Shown in pieces: positions 33,346 to 42,488 of a stretch of DNA of 49,587 bases. The stretch is from Thermoanaerobaculia bacterium. GTDB lineage: Bacteria; Acidobacteriota; Thermoanaerobaculia; Multivoradales; UBA5704. Below the pieces are notes generated by a model. The model did no database searches. It saw nothing but the letters and a program-made list of their open reading frames with translations, and had not been told where the DNA came from. The stretch lies in NCBI GenBank assembly GCA_035633875.1, contig DASQEB010000642.1, positions 1 to 49,587 on the forward strand. Reading direction: 5' to 3'. A program made the position numbers and the translations under genes. The stretch's first letter is position 1; every line of letters begins with the position of its first letter.

Positions 33346-34557
33346 TCACACATCTGTCACATCTCGGACCATGTCCGCGATCCGGCGGCCGATGGCCATC
33401 GAGGCGGTGGCGCCGGGCGACGGGGCATTGAGCACGTGGATGGCCCGCTCGGAGGTGACGATGCGGAAGTCGTCCACCAGCCCGCCCCGGCGGTCAACGG
33501 CCTGGGCCCGGACGCCGCTTGCCGCGGGCTGGACGTCCTCGGGCTGGAGCGCCGGAAGAAGGCGCCGCAGGTCGCGGACGAACACCGCCTTGCTGAACGA
33601 CCGCCGGACCTCGTAGGCGCCGGTCCTCCAAAAGCGCGCGGCGAGGCGCCAGAACCCGGGCCAGGAAACGATGCCGGCGGCGTCCCGGGCCCTGAAGCTC
33701 CCCTTCCGGTACCCCTCGCGCCGCCAGGCGAGGACCGCGTTCGGGCCGGCCTCCACCGTGCCGTCCACGCGGCGCGTCAGGTGGACCCCTAGGAACGGAA
33801 AGCGCGGGTCGGGGACCGGGTAGATCAGTCCGCGCACCAGCCCCCGGCTCCCCGGTGCGAGATCGTAGTACTCCCCCCGGAAGGGGATGATCCGCAGGTC
33901 CGGCTCCGCCCCACAGAGGCGAGCCACCCGGTCCGACTGGAGCCCGGCGCAGTTGACGAGGAACCCACAGGAGATCGCGCCGCAGACCGTTTCAACCACG
34001 AGGCCGGTCCCGTTTCTCTGCACCGCCGTCACCCGGGCCCCGGTCAGGACCGTCCCGCCTCCGGCCTCGATCCGGCGGGCGTAGGCCCGGGCCACCCCGG
34101 CGTAGTCCACGATACCGGTCTCCGGGATGAAGAGAGCGGCGATGCCGGCGGCGTGGGGCTCGACTTCGGAGATCTCACCGGTCGCCATGCGGCGCAGGCC
34201 CGCGAGCCCGTTGGCCCGGCCACGCCGTTCCAGCTCCTCCAGCCGGGGAAGCTCGTCCTCCCGCGTCGCCACCACCAGCTTTCCGCAGCGCTCATGGGCG
34301 ATGCCCTCCTCCTCGCAAAGGCGATAGAGCGCCCGGGCTCCCTCGACGCAGAGGGAAGCCTTGAGAGAGCCCGGCTTGTAGTAGAGGCCGGAATGGATGA
34401 CCCCGCTGTTGTGCCCGCTCTGGTGGAACGCGAGCCGGTCCTCCGCCTCCAGCACGGCCACGTTGAGATCCCCTCGGGACCCGAGGGCCAGGGCCGTCGC
34501 GAGACCGACCAGCCCACCGCCTACGACGGCGACATCGCACCGGAAATCGAGAGTCAT
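33346..34557 (-). CDS. lhgO: L-2-hydroxyglutarate oxidase/dehydrogenase (LhgO/YgaF-like FAD enzyme)
   Basis: MTLDFRCDVAVVGGGLVGLATALAL...LEAEDRLAFHQSGHNSGVIHSGLYYKPGSLKA...IIPFRGEYY...VHVLNAPSPGATASMAIG. The 178 codons upstream in the same frame in the 581-aa track ORF are an artefact that overlaps the PEBP gene. Confidence 0.85.
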   Translation of the reverse strand: MTLDFRCDVAVVGGGLVGLATALALGSRGDLNVAVLEAEDRLAFHQSGHNSGVIHSGLYYKPGSLKASLCVEGARALYRLCEEEGIAHERCGKLVVATREDELPRLEELERRGRANGLAGLRRMATGEISEVEPHAAGIAALFIPETGIVDYAGVARAYARRIEAGGGTVLTGARVTAVQRNGTGLVVETVCGAISCGFLVNCAGLQSDRVARLCGAEPDLRIIPFRGEYYDLAPGSRGLVRGLIYPVPDPRFPFLGVHLTRRVDGTVEAGPNAVLAWRREGYRKGSFRARDAAGIVSWPGFWRLAARFWRTGAYEVRRSFSKAVFVRDLRRLLPALQPEDVQPAASGVRAQAVDRRGGLVDDFRIVTSERAIHVLNAPSPGATASMAIGRRIADMVRDVTDV

Positions 34558-34571
34558 GGCCGCGGGATTTC

Positions 34572-35078
34572 TCAGCGGCCGAAGAGGGAGCCCAGGAGCC
34601 CCCTCCTGCCTTTCTCGTAGGTGCCCACCAGCTCGGCCCGGGCGAGGACATGCCCTTCCATGGCCTCCTCCAGCCGCGCCTTGGTGGGACGCTCGAGGTC
34701 GGGCAGCTCGGTGCCGAGGGCGTACAGCTTGAAGAAGTAGCGGTGGCGTCCCACGGGCGGGCAGGGTCCGCCGTAGCCGGTGCGCTTCCAATCGTTCGTC
34801 CCCTCCCGCGTGCCTTCCGGAAGGTCGCGGGAAGACACGCCTTCGGGGAGGCCGGTCGCCGTGACCGGCAGGTTGTAGAGCACCCAATGGACCCAGGTCA
34901 TCCGCGGGGCCTTGGGATCGGGCGCGTCCGGATCGTCGACGAGGAGCGCCAGGCTCCGCGCCTCCCGGGGCACGCCGCTCCAGGAGAGGGCGGGGGACAC
35001 GTCCTCTCCCTCGCAGGTGAAGCGGGAGGGGATCTCCCCCTGATGCTGGAAGGCGGAACTTGTCAGGCTCAGGCTCAT
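34572..35078 (-). CDS. YbhB/YbcL-family PEBP (Raf kinase inhibitor-like) protein
   Basis: 168 aa, LTSSAFQHQGEIPSRFTCEGEDVSPALSWSGVP...LLVDDPDAP...WVHWVLYNLP...YGGPCPP.GRHRYFFKLYAL. Confidence 0.9.
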   Translation of the reverse strand: MSLSLTSSAFQHQGEIPSRFTCEGEDVSPALSWSGVPREARSLALLVDDPDAPDPKAPRMTWVHWVLYNLPVTATGLPEGVSSRDLPEGTREGTNDWKRTGYGGPCPPVGRHRYFFKLYALGTELPDLERPTKARLEEAMEGHVLARAELVGTYEKGRRGLLGSLFGR

Positions 35079-35134
35079 ACTCCACCTCCACCGGACATTC
35101 TACCCACGCAGGCCCCCGGCGGGAAAGTACCGGT

Positions 35135-35154
35135 CCGCAATATTAAAATTGCGG
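35135..35154. promoter_or_regulatory. Perfect inverted repeat CCGCAAT-ATTAAA-ATTGCGG in the AT-rich divergent intergenic region (candidate operator)
   Basis: 7-bp arms with a 6-bp AT spacer, between the PEBP start (35078) and the imuA start (35307). The region is strikingly AT-rich for this genome. Confidence 0.35.
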
Positions 35155-35269
35155 TGAGCGAAGACGCGACCGTACCCTCCCGAGAATACGACTTAAATAG
35201 CGCCCGTAAGTGCGCTACACACTTGGGTTTACTGCCCGATGTAAAGAATAAATATTGTGATCACTCGGA

Positions 35270-35299
35270 TTGACTTACGCCAAATTTACGCTTTATATT
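35270..35299 (+). promoter_or_regulatory. Candidate sigma70-type promoter for imuA-imuB (TTGACT-N18-TATATT)
   Basis: TTGACT at 35270-35275 and TATATT at 35294-35299. The spacer and flanks carry three direct TTACG repeats (35275, 35286, 35299). The predicted TSS lies within a few nt of the first ATG (35307), so the mRNA could be leaderless, or the real start could be the ATG at 35322 (MARLS). Confidence 0.35.
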
Positions 35300-35306
35300 T
35301 ACGTCC

Positions 35307-36203
35307 ATGCGAGGCGGGACGATGGCGCGGCTCTCCACTGTACACCACGAGGACCTGGCGGCGGATTCCGGCCTCACGCCCGACGCCGGCTCCGCTCTCC
35401 ACCGGCTTCGCGCCTCCCTCCCCGAGTCCTTCCGCTCGCGCATCCGGAGCGCCCGCGAGCTGGTGCGGGAGGTCCGGGAGGTGCAAGAGGAGGAGGAGCC
35501 TCTCGCCACTGCGGTTCCCGCACTGGACCGCCTGCTCGAAGGAGGGCTCCCCCGCGGACAGCTCGTGGAGCTGATCGGCGCCCGGTCGAGCGGGCGCTTC
35601 TCCGCACTGCTCGCGGTGCTCGCCGCGGCGACCGGCGTGGGCGAGGCCGCGGCCCTCGTGGATCTCGGGGACGGGCTCGATCCGGAGACCGCCGCCACGA
35701 TGGGCGTGGATCTGGAGCGCCTGCTCTGGGTGCGGCCCGCCAAGCTCAAGGATGCGCTCGCCGCGACCGAGATGCTCCTCGCCAGCGGCTTCCCCCTGGT
35801 GGTCCTCGATCTCGGGCCGCCGCCCGTGCGCGGCGGGCGCGGAGCGGAAGCGGCTTGGCTGCGGCTGGCCCGCACCGCCCGGGCCCATGGCGCGGCCCTG
35901 CTGGTGGGGAGCCCCTACCGGGTGAGCGGCACCGCCTCCGCCGTGGTGCTGAAGGCGGGCCGCGCCCGGGCCGCCTGGCTCGGTGGAGACGAGGGCTCGC
36001 CCCGGCTCCTCGGCGGCGTCGCCTCCCGGATCACCCTGGAGAAATGCCGGCGCCGGCTTCCGGGGCAGACGGAGGAACTGGCTCTCGCCCCGAAGGAGGC
36101 CCCTCTGCCCGCGGCCCCGCCGCCGGCCCGCCCGCTTCGCCCTGCTCGGAGGGAAGAGGCTCCGGTCGTCCCCCTCGTCCTGCGCCGGGCCGCGGCGGGC
36201 TGA
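35307..36203 (+). CDS. imuA: ImuA-like RecA-fold inducible mutagenesis protein
   Basis: 298 aa, ...ATAVPALDRLLEGGLPRGQLVELIGARSSGRFSALLAVLAAATGVGEAAALVDLGDGLDPETAATMGVDLERLLWVRP..., a degenerate RecA/SulA-like core. It lies 3 nt upstream of imuB. Confidence 0.75.
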   Translation: MRGGTMARLSTVHHEDLAADSGLTPDAGSALHRLRASLPESFRSRIRSARELVREVREVQEEEEPLATAVPALDRLLEGGLPRGQLVELIGARSSGRFSALLAVLAAATGVGEAAALVDLGDGLDPETAATMGVDLERLLWVRPAKLKDALAATEMLLASGFPLVVLDLGPPPVRGGRGAEAAWLRLARTARAHGAALLVGSPYRVSGTASAVVLKAGRARAAWLGGDEGSPRLLGGVASRITLEKCRRRLPGQTEELALAPKEAPLPAAPPPARPLRPARREEAPVVPLVLRRAAAG

Positions 36204-36206
36204 TCC

Positions 36207-37760
36207 ATGGGCTCACCGCGCATCGCCTGCGTCAGCCTGCCGCTGTTCCCCCTGGCCGCCCGGCTGCGCAGCGAGCCGGAGCTCATCCGGGAAGCTCTCG
36301 TCATCGTCGAAGGCAATGGCAATGCCGCCCGGGTGGTCGCCGCCACCCGGCTGGCGCGCAACGCCGGGATCCGGCCGGGGGCCACCCTCCCCCAGGCGCG
36401 GGCCCTCTGCCCCAAGCTCGTCGCCCGTCCCCGGGACGAGGAGTGCGAACGGGCGGCCCAGGAGGCGCTCTTCGAGGTGGCCGAGACGTTCTCCCCCCGG
36501 GTGGAGGACGCCGGCGAAGGGACCGTCTTCCTGGACGTGGACGGCATCGAGCGCCACTTCCGCGGCCCCACCCCCGAGCTGGACCTGGGCCGCGCCCTCC
36601 TCGCCGCCGCCGAGGCCGCGGGCCTGCCGGCCCGGGCCGGGATTGCGTCGAGCAAGCTCGCGGCCCAGGTCGCCGCCGGGCTTCCGGACTCGCCGGTGAT
36701 CGTCCCCGTCGGGGAGGAGGCCGCCTTCCTGGCCCCGCTGCCCCTCGCTCGCCTCACTCCCGAGGTGGACCTCGCCTCCACCTTGGAGCGCTGGGGCGTA
36801 CGCTCCATCGGCGACTTCGCCCGCCTGCCCAAATCCCGGGTGGCGAGCCGGCTGGGAACCACCGGCCGGGAGTTGCATACGACGGCCCGGGGGATCGATC
36901 CCCGCCCTCTGATCCCCCGCGAGCCGCCCCCCGCCTTCCATGAGGGGATGAGCCTCGAATGGCCCCTGGTCTCGCTCGAGCCCTTCCTTTTCGTGGGACG
37001 CGCGGCCCTGGACCGGCTCTGCCAGCGCCTGGAGTCCCGGGGGCTCGCCTGCGTCCGGCTCGGCCTGGAGCTCCGCCTGGAGCCGGACGGCCACCAGACG
37101 CGGTCCATCGACCTGCCGGCTCCCACCCGGGATGTGAAAACCCTCCTCACCCTGGTCCGCCTGGATCTGGAAGCCCGCCCCCCGGGCGCGCCCGTCGCCG
37201 GCTTCACCTTCGTGGCCCATCCCGACCGCCCGCGGCAGGCCCAGCTCTCCCTCTACGGCCCGCCGGCCCTTTCGCCGGACAAGCTGGCCACCACCCTCGC
37301 CCGCCTCTTCGCCCTCCTCGGCCCCGACCGGGTCGGCTCCCCCCGTCCCGTGGACGGCCACAGCCCGGAGCGCTTCGCCCTGGTCGAGTACGCGCCCCCT
37401 CCTCCGCCGGAGGTCCGCCGCGAGCCCCGCACCGGCCGCGGCCTCCTCGCCGTCCGCGTCCTCCGGCCGCCGCTGGAGCTGGAGGTGATCACCGAAGAAG
37501 CCAGAGCGGAGGATCAGGATTCCGCCGCGCTCCTGCCCATCGAGGTCCGCACTTTGGTCAGCGGGACGAGCGATAAACGCCTCCGCATCGAAGGGGCGGT
37601 CAAGGTCGCTTCAGGGCCCTGGGGGCTCGAAGAGGAGTGGTGGACCGAGGACCCGGCAGGTCGCGACTACTGGGACGTGGAGATCGCCGGGGCCGGCATC
37701 TACCGGATCTACCGCGACCGGGCCAGCGGGGGGTGGTACGCGGACGGGATCTACGACTGA
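36207..37760 (+). CDS. imuB: ImuB, Y-family DNA polymerase-like mutagenesis protein
   Basis: [36 protein letters not shown]...[24 protein letters not shown]...[12 protein letters not shown], the classic ImuB N-terminus that lacks the catalytic acidic triad context. 517 aa. Confidence 0.85.
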   Translation: MGSPRIACVSLPLFPLAARLRSEPELIREALVIVEGNGNAARVVAATRLARNAGIRPGATLPQARALCPKLVARPRDEECERAAQEALFEVAETFSPRVEDAGEGTVFLDVDGIERHFRGPTPELDLGRALLAAAEAAGLPARAGIASSKLAAQVAAGLPDSPVIVPVGEEAAFLAPLPLARLTPEVDLASTLERWGVRSIGDFARLPKSRVASRLGTTGRELHTTARGIDPRPLIPREPPPAFHEGMSLEWPLVSLEPFLFVGRAALDRLCQRLESRGLACVRLGLELRLEPDGHQTRSIDLPAPTRDVKTLLTLVRLDLEARPPGAPVAGFTFVAHPDRPRQAQLSLYGPPALSPDKLATTLARLFALLGPDRVGSPRPVDGHSPERFALVEYAPPPPPEVRREPRTGRGLLAVRVLRPPLELEVITEEARAEDQDSAALLPIEVRTLVSGTSDKRLRIEGAVKVASGPWGLEEEWWTEDPAGRDYWDVEIAGAGIYRIYRDRASGGWYADGIYD

Positions 37761-38683
37761 GCCGCCCGCCCGCCGCGCGTCGCCCGCGGCGGCACCACCA
37801 GCACGCTGCATGGCGCATGGCGCACCACGTCGGCCGCGACGCTCCCGATCACCATGCGGTCGAAGCCTCCCAGGCCGTGCGTGCCGAGGACCACGAGGTC
37901 CGCCCCCGCCTCCGCCAGCTCGGCTTCGATCTCCTCCCGGGTGTTGCCCGTGCGCACCTTGCGGCGCACGCTCCCGGCGAGCTCGCCCGCGGTCAGCTCG
38001 ACGAAGCGGCCCAGCTCTTCCAGGGCGAAGCGGTCGATCTGCTCGGGCGTGAACTGAGGGGCCACCTGACGCTGGAGAACGCTCAGCACGAAGAGGGCTT
38101 CGATCTCGGGAAGGGAACCCTTCCCCATTGCGCGGAGGACTTGGATCCCTTGCTGGAAGGCCTCTCCCGACAGAGGCGAGAGGTCGACCGGGGCCACCAC
38201 CCGCTGCGGGGGGATCGTCAGCCCACCGCGCACCACCAGCACCGGGCAATGCGCCTTGCGGACGACGCGCTCCGCCGTGGAGCCGAGGAGATGGGTCATG
38301 CGGCCGTCCGCCCGGTGGCCGACCACCAGGAGGTCCGCGTCCATCCGCTCGGCCAGATCGGAGAGGGCACGGTGGGAAGGGCCGTTCTCGAGGCTCCACT
38401 CGCCGTCGAGCCCCGCCCGCTTCGCCTGCTCTTCCAGGGCGGCCCGCAGCCGGTCCTCCTCGCCTCGCAGATACTCGTCGCTCCCGAGCATGGGCCAGAG
38501 ACTGCTGCCGACGCCGATGGGCGGACCGAACGCATGGGCCAGGCAAGCCTTCGCCCCGGTCGCGCGCGCCACCTCAACGCCCGCTCTCACCACCTCTCCG
38601 CTGCTCTCGTCCAGCGCGGTTCCGATCAGGACGGTACGGATCTCGGACACGGGGCTCCCCTCCTTGGCGGGGAGTATAGACAC
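37751..38683 (-). CDS. Tandem universal stress protein (two UspA domains)
   Basis: 310 aa. Each half ends with ...[19 protein letters not shown] / [19 protein letters not shown]. The 3' end overlaps the convergent imuB stop by 10 nt. Confidence 0.9.
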   Translation of the reverse strand: MSILPAKEGSPVSEIRTVLIGTALDESSGEVVRAGVEVARATGAKACLAHAFGPPIGVGSSLWPMLGSDEYLRGEEDRLRAALEEQAKRAGLDGEWSLENGPSHRALSDLAERMDADLLVVGHRADGRMTHLLGSTAERVVRKAHCPVLVVRGGLTIPPQRVVAPVDLSPLSGEAFQQGIQVLRAMGKGSLPEIEALFVLSVLQRQVAPQFTPEQIDRFALEELGRFVELTAGELAGSVRRKVRTGNTREEIEAELAEAGADLVVLGTHGLGGFDRMVIGSVAADVVRHAPCSVLVVPPRATRGGRAAQS

Positions 38684-38701
38684 CTCCGCTGTCCTTGGAT
38701 C

Positions 38702-39241
38702 TCAGAAGCGCCAGACCAGCCCAGCGTTGATGCCGAAGCCGCCGAGTTGGATGTCCACGTCGTCGTCCACGTCAGGGTCGTCGTCCAGGTCCCCGCGCAC
38801 CGAAGCCTCCATGTTGCGGTAGATCCCCTCGACCATGAAGCCAAGACCGCCAGGGCCGGTGAAATCGGTCCCCAGGACCGCGTAGTAGCCGACCTCGTCG
38901 TCGATGTCCCCTTCGGTCGTGTCGAGCAGGTAATAGCCGGCGCCGCCGCCGAGGTAGGGGCTGAAGCGAGGGGTGTCCGCGAACCGGAAGGCGAGGCCCG
39001 CCTCCAGCGGGATCGCGCTCACCTCGAAGTCGAGGCTCTCGGGCTCGGTATCCGCCGTCACATCGCTGAAATAGGTGCCCCGCAGCTCGACGATCCCGAA
39101 CCGCAGCTTGGCCCCGACCCCCAGAGCCTGGTCCGCATCCTCGGTGTCCCAGAACGCGCCGTATGCGCCGATGTCGGCCGCCATGGCCGGGCTCGCCAGG
39201 AGCGCCAGGACCGCCATCGTCGACAGAATTATCTTCTTCAT
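38702..39241 (-). CDS. Small outer-membrane beta-barrel protein (OmpW/OmpA-like porin family)
   Basis: [21 protein letters not shown]|AD signal peptide, alternating beta-strand pattern and a C-terminal ...NAGLVWRF (terminal Phe). GGAGG lies 7 nt before the ATG at 39241. Confidence 0.8.
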   Translation of the reverse strand: MKKIILSTMAVLALLASPAMAADIGAYGAFWDTEDADQALGVGAKLRFGIVELRGTYFSDVTADTEPESLDFEVSAIPLEAGLAFRFADTPRFSPYLGGGAGYYLLDTTEGDIDDEVGYYAVLGTDFTGPGGLGFMVEGIYRNMEASVRGDLDDDPDVDDDVDIQLGGFGINAGLVWRF

Positions 39242-39379
39242 GGTGTACCTCCGTTCCATGTCTCGCAACCGATCCTTGACGGAGTTGCGACGTCAGCGGG
39301 CGAAAAGGGCTCCGCGACGCATCGGAGACGGAGCTGCAAGGCCCATTCCACACATTTTCTGGGAGAATCGTGGACTTGG

Positions 39380-39856
39380 ATGCTGAAGATCGTTCAAGCC
39401 GCCACAGACGAGGACCTCCAAAGCGCCCGCCTCCTCTTCGAGGAGTACGCCGCCTCCCTCGGCTTCGACCTTGGATTCCAGGGCTTCGCAGGTGAGCTCG
39501 CGGGCCTCCCGGGCGACTACGCCCCGCCTGAGGGGAGGCTCCTCCTCGCCGTCCAGGACGGCCGTCTTGCCGGCTGTGTGGCGCTACGGAGGCTGGAGGA
39601 AGGGATCTGCGAGATGAAGAGGCTCTACGTTCGCCCGGACTTCCGCGGCCTGGGGCTGGGCCGCTCCCTGGCGGAGACCGTGATCCGGGAAGCCCGGTCC
39701 CTCGGGTACGCCCGTATGCGGCTGGACACCGTCCCCTCCATGGCGACGGCGCGGGCTCTCTACGCCGCTCTGGGATTCCGCGAGATCCCGCCGTACCGCT
39801 ACAACCCGATCCCCGGGACCGAGTTCCTGGAGCTGGCCCTCGAGCCCTCCTCTTAG
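39380..39856 (+). CDS. GNAT-family N-acetyltransferase
   Basis: [23 protein letters not shown]...[53 protein letters not shown]...ALYAALGF. Only the last 158 codons of the 739-aa track ORF look real. Confidence 0.9.
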   Translation: MLKIVQAATDEDLQSARLLFEEYAASLGFDLGFQGFAGELAGLPGDYAPPEGRLLLAVQDGRLAGCVALRRLEEGICEMKRLYVRPDFRGLGLGRSLAETVIREARSLGYARMRLDTVPSMATARALYAALGFREIPPYRYNPIPGTEFLELALEPSS

Positions 39857-40218
39857 CTCGGCCGGAGGCCGCTCACCGGGCCGTCCGTCTTGCGCTTTGC
39901 CACGAACGTCTCCAGGAAGGCGCGGTCCGCCGGGCTGATCCGCAGGAACTCCACTCCGACCTGGTGCTCGGTCGGGCTCTTGGAGATCTCGTAGACGACG
40001 CGGCTGTCCGTCTTGAGCACCCGCCCCTGGAGCGCGATCGAAAGCTCCATCAGCGACCCGAAGCCGAGGGATTCCTCGCTGACGAACATGCAGCCGCCCG
40101 GGCCGATGACGCGGGTGCGGGCGAACTCCTCGAAGGGCAGGGTCCCCAGCAGGCGGACCATCACGGCGTGCTCAGCCTGGATGCGGGGGAAACGGCGAGC
40201 TTTGGCGGACTGCGTCAT
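39853..40218 (-). CDS. PilZ-domain protein (putative c-di-GMP receptor)
   Basis: [23 protein letters not shown]...[23 protein letters not shown]...RVVYE...VGVEF, i.e. the RxxxR and D/NxSxxG-type PilZ motifs. GGAG lies upstream of the ATG at 40218. Confidence 0.85.
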   Translation of the reverse strand: MTQSAKARRFPRIQAEHAVMVRLLGTLPFEEFARTRVIGPGGCMFVSEESLGFGSLMELSIALQGRVLKTDSRVVYEISKSPTEHQVGVEFLRISPADRAFLETFVAKRKTDGPVSGLRPS

Positions 40219-40439
40219 CGGATCTCCTTCCGTACGTCTGGGACGATCGACTCTGATTCTAGCCCAACGAATAGCCAATCATCAATAAGCACCTCCCGCC
40301 ATCGTACGCCGGAAGGCGGCGAGATCCGGTGCTCAGGACTGTCGGAGACGACCTTGATGACCAGATCGGGCGGGTGGCCCTCCGGGAGGGCGTCGCAGCT
40401 CGGCGGGGCTTCTTCCGTTCCAGTTGCCTGGGATCCAGC

Positions 40440-40985
40440 CGATCTTGAAAACGCCCCGTGAAGCAGACGAGGGGACGCTTCCACCCCGCAGGCCCGCCAT
40501 CGAGTGGGCAAGCCCGCGTTTCAAGCTCTCCGACGCGGCCCCAGTCTTTACGGCCGAGATTCAAGCCCGCATCGCACCCGGCCAGGCTTCCATGCACCGG
40601 GGCAAGCTCGAACCGCAGCTTTTCAAGCCGGCTCCGCGTCCCTTCAAGCTTGAATGCAGCCGTTCAAGTGGGAAACGGCTCCACGCAAGCTTGAATCCAG
40701 CCCGTCAAGCGAGTAACGCCGCCCTTCAACCTTGCGGGCTCCGCATGCAAGCTTGAAGACGCGCGCGCAAGCTTGCGCCTGTGCATTCAAGCCTGAGTGC
40801 CAGCCCTCCAACTTTGCTCCACGCCGTTTCAAACTTGAATGGCGCCCGTCGAGCTTGTGCCGGCTCCCTTCAAGCTTGCGGCCGCCCCTTCAAGATTGAA
40901 GCGGCGGGTTCAAGCCTGAAGGGAGGTCGTTTGACTTTGGACGGCTGGATTCAAGCTTGAACGCGGACGTTTCAAGCCGGACGAG
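40440..40985. repeat. Non-coding tandem array of ~21-26 degenerate 20-21-bp units with the palindromic core TTCAAGCTTGAA
   Basis: Perfect 12-mers occur at 40643-40654 and 40950-40961. There are six AAGCTT sites within ~310 bp (40646, 40687, 40749, 40769, 40872, 40953). Successive units begin at about 40603, 40624, 40645, 40665, 40686, 40706, 40727, 40748, 40768, 40788, 40809, 40830, 40851, 40871, 40891, 40911, 40933, 40952 and 40973. Unit length alternates between 19 and 22 bp, and TGA/TAA-type stops occur in all frames, so this is not a coding repeat. Confidence 0.8.
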
Positions 40986-41069
40986 ATGATCGCGGACGGC
41001 TTGGTAGAGATCGGACGGGACACGATCGAGGTCACGCCCGCCGGCCGGCTCCTGGTGGGAACGGTCTGA
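40986..41069 (+). pseudogene. Possible relic of a HemN/HemW-type coproporphyrinogen oxidase C-terminal tail
   Basis: The frame reads (FKLERGRFKPDE)MIADGLVEIGRDTIEVTPAGRLLVGTV*. This resembles the ...L..L..DGL.E.....I.LT..GR.L.. tail of the HemN_C domain. It lies immediately upstream of hemY. No radical-SAM body is present upstream. Confidence 0.3.
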
Positions 41070-41102
41070 GGACAGCGCCTCACGCCGCGGTATCCTTCAG
41101 CC

Positions 41103-42449
41103 ATGGATTCAGGCAGCAGGCTGGACGTCGCGGTGGTGGGCGGGGGGATCTCCGGCTTGACCACGGCGTTCCATCTCGCCCGGGGGGGGATGCGGGTTGC
41201 CGTCCTCGAAGCCTCCGAGCGCGTGGGCGGGGCCATCGAGACCTTCACGGATGGCCCCTGGCGCTTCGAGATGGGACCGAACACGGTCCTCGAGAACAAC
41301 CCCGCGGTGGGCCGGCTGATCGGCGCCTCGGGGCTCGACGGCGAGAAGATCACCGCGGCTCCGAGTGCCAGACGGCGGTATCTCTATAAGAGTGGGGAGT
41401 TGATCGCGCTGCCCCGCGGACCAGGCGGCTTCCTCACCACCCCTCTCGTTCCCGCGAGCGCCAAGCTCCGCCTCCTCCGCGAGCCCTGGATCGGCCGGCC
41501 GGACAACGGTATGGAAGAGAGCATCGCCCAGTTCGTCCGCCGCCGCCTGGGTCAGGCGTTCCTGGATTACGCCGTGGGCCCGTTCGTCTCCGGGGTCTAT
41601 GCGGGCGACCCCGAGCGGCTCTCCGTGGAGTGGGCCGTCCCCAAGATCTACGCCCTGGAGAAAGAGCATGGCAGCCTCTTCCGGGGCGCTCTCGCCCGCC
41701 GCAAGGGGCCGGCCCCGGGTGGCGCCATGATCTCCTTCCGGGAGGGTCTCCAAGAGCTGCCCCGTAGGTTGGCGAAGGAGATCGGGAATGTACGGACCGG
41801 CGTCTCCGCCTCGAAGGTCGTGCGCTCCGGGGACGGCTTCCGCGTCGAGACGAGCGCCGGCCCGATCCAGGCGCAGCAGGTCGTCCTCGCCGTCCCGGCC
41901 GACGTGGCGGCCCGGCTGCTGGACGAGGCCACGGCCGGCGCGAGCCGCCTCTTCGAGGAGATCCCCTACGCGCCCGTGGCCATCGTCTCCCTGGGCTGGC
42001 GCCGGTCGGCCGTGAAGCACCCCCTCGCCGGCTTCGGCTTCCTCTCTCCCCGCAAGGAGGGGCTGCACACCCTGGGCTGCCTCTTCCCCTCGGAGATTTT
42101 CCCCGGCCGCGCCCCGGAAGGCCACGTTGCCCTCGCGGCCTTCGTCGGCGGCCGGACCGATCCAGCAATCGTCGGCTGGACCGACGACCGGCTCCTCTCC
42201 ACGGTTCTCTCCGAGCTCCACGGTCCTCTGGGCCTGTCCGGCGAGCCCACCTTCGGCAAGGTGCGCCGCTGGAGCCGGGCCATCCCCCAGTACGAGGTCG
42301 GCCACGGCCGCTTCGTCGAGAGGGTGAGGGAGATCGAGGGTGCCCTCCCCGGCCTGCGGATCGGCGGGAACTTCGTGGGCGGGGTCTCCGTCCCGGACTG
42401 CATCAGGAACGGGACGGCCTTGGCGGAGGAGGTGCTGGGGGTTTCCTGA
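41103..42449 (+). CDS. hemY: Protoporphyrinogen/coproporphyrinogen III oxidase (HemY/CgoX family, FAD-dependent)
   Basis: MDSGSRLDVAVVGGGISGLTTAFHLARGGMRVAVLEASERVGGAI...GPN...YAGDPERLS...IPQYEVGH...LRIGGNFVGGVSVPDCIRNG. Confidence 0.9.
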   Translation: MDSGSRLDVAVVGGGISGLTTAFHLARGGMRVAVLEASERVGGAIETFTDGPWRFEMGPNTVLENNPAVGRLIGASGLDGEKITAAPSARRRYLYKSGELIALPRGPGGFLTTPLVPASAKLRLLREPWIGRPDNGMEESIAQFVRRRLGQAFLDYAVGPFVSGVYAGDPERLSVEWAVPKIYALEKEHGSLFRGALARRKGPAPGGAMISFREGLQELPRRLAKEIGNVRTGVSASKVVRSGDGFRVETSAGPIQAQQVVLAVPADVAARLLDEATAGASRLFEEIPYAPVAIVSLGWRRSAVKHPLAGFGFLSPRKEGLHTLGCLFPSEIFPGRAPEGHVALAAFVGGRTDPAIVGWTDDRLLSTVLSELHGPLGLSGEPTFGKVRRWSRAIPQYEVGHGRFVERVREIEGALPGLRIGGNFVGGVSVPDCIRNGTALAEEVLGVS

Positions 42450-42488
42450 TGGCACACCCCTGGCACGGGATTTTGCATACACCCCGAT

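Noticed and set aside
33346-35091. 581-aa ORF read as a single protein
   Set aside because: Only the C-terminal 403 aa (from MTLDFRCDVAVVGGG) is LhgO-like. The N-terminal 178 codons are Arg/Pro-rich and overlap the well-supported PEBP gene (34572-35078) in another frame.
35270-37361. Alternative-frame ORFs over imuA/imuB (35270-36943 +, 35915-37207 -, 36213-37361 -)
   Set aside because: They have low-complexity Arg/Pro/Gly translations, whereas the imuA and imuB frames carry family-typical sequence and are translationally coupled.
37761-37900. dnaE2 (imuC) downstream of imuB
   Set aside because: The sequence after imuB is occupied by a convergent tandem-Usp gene with clear motifs, and no polymerase-like frame is present.
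40424-40832. Small ORFs inside the repeat array (110 aa, 78 aa, 62 aa) as a repeat-containing protein
   Set aside because: Unit length drifts between 19 and 22 bp, so no frame keeps the repeat in phase. Every frame is broken by stops derived from the CTTGAA/TCAAG core. The translations have no coherent heptad pattern.
40440-40985. CRISPR array interpretation of the repeat region
   Set aside because: The repeat cores are ~12 bp with ~9-bp spacers, far below CRISPR repeat and spacer sizes. The units are degenerate, and there are no cas genes in the window.
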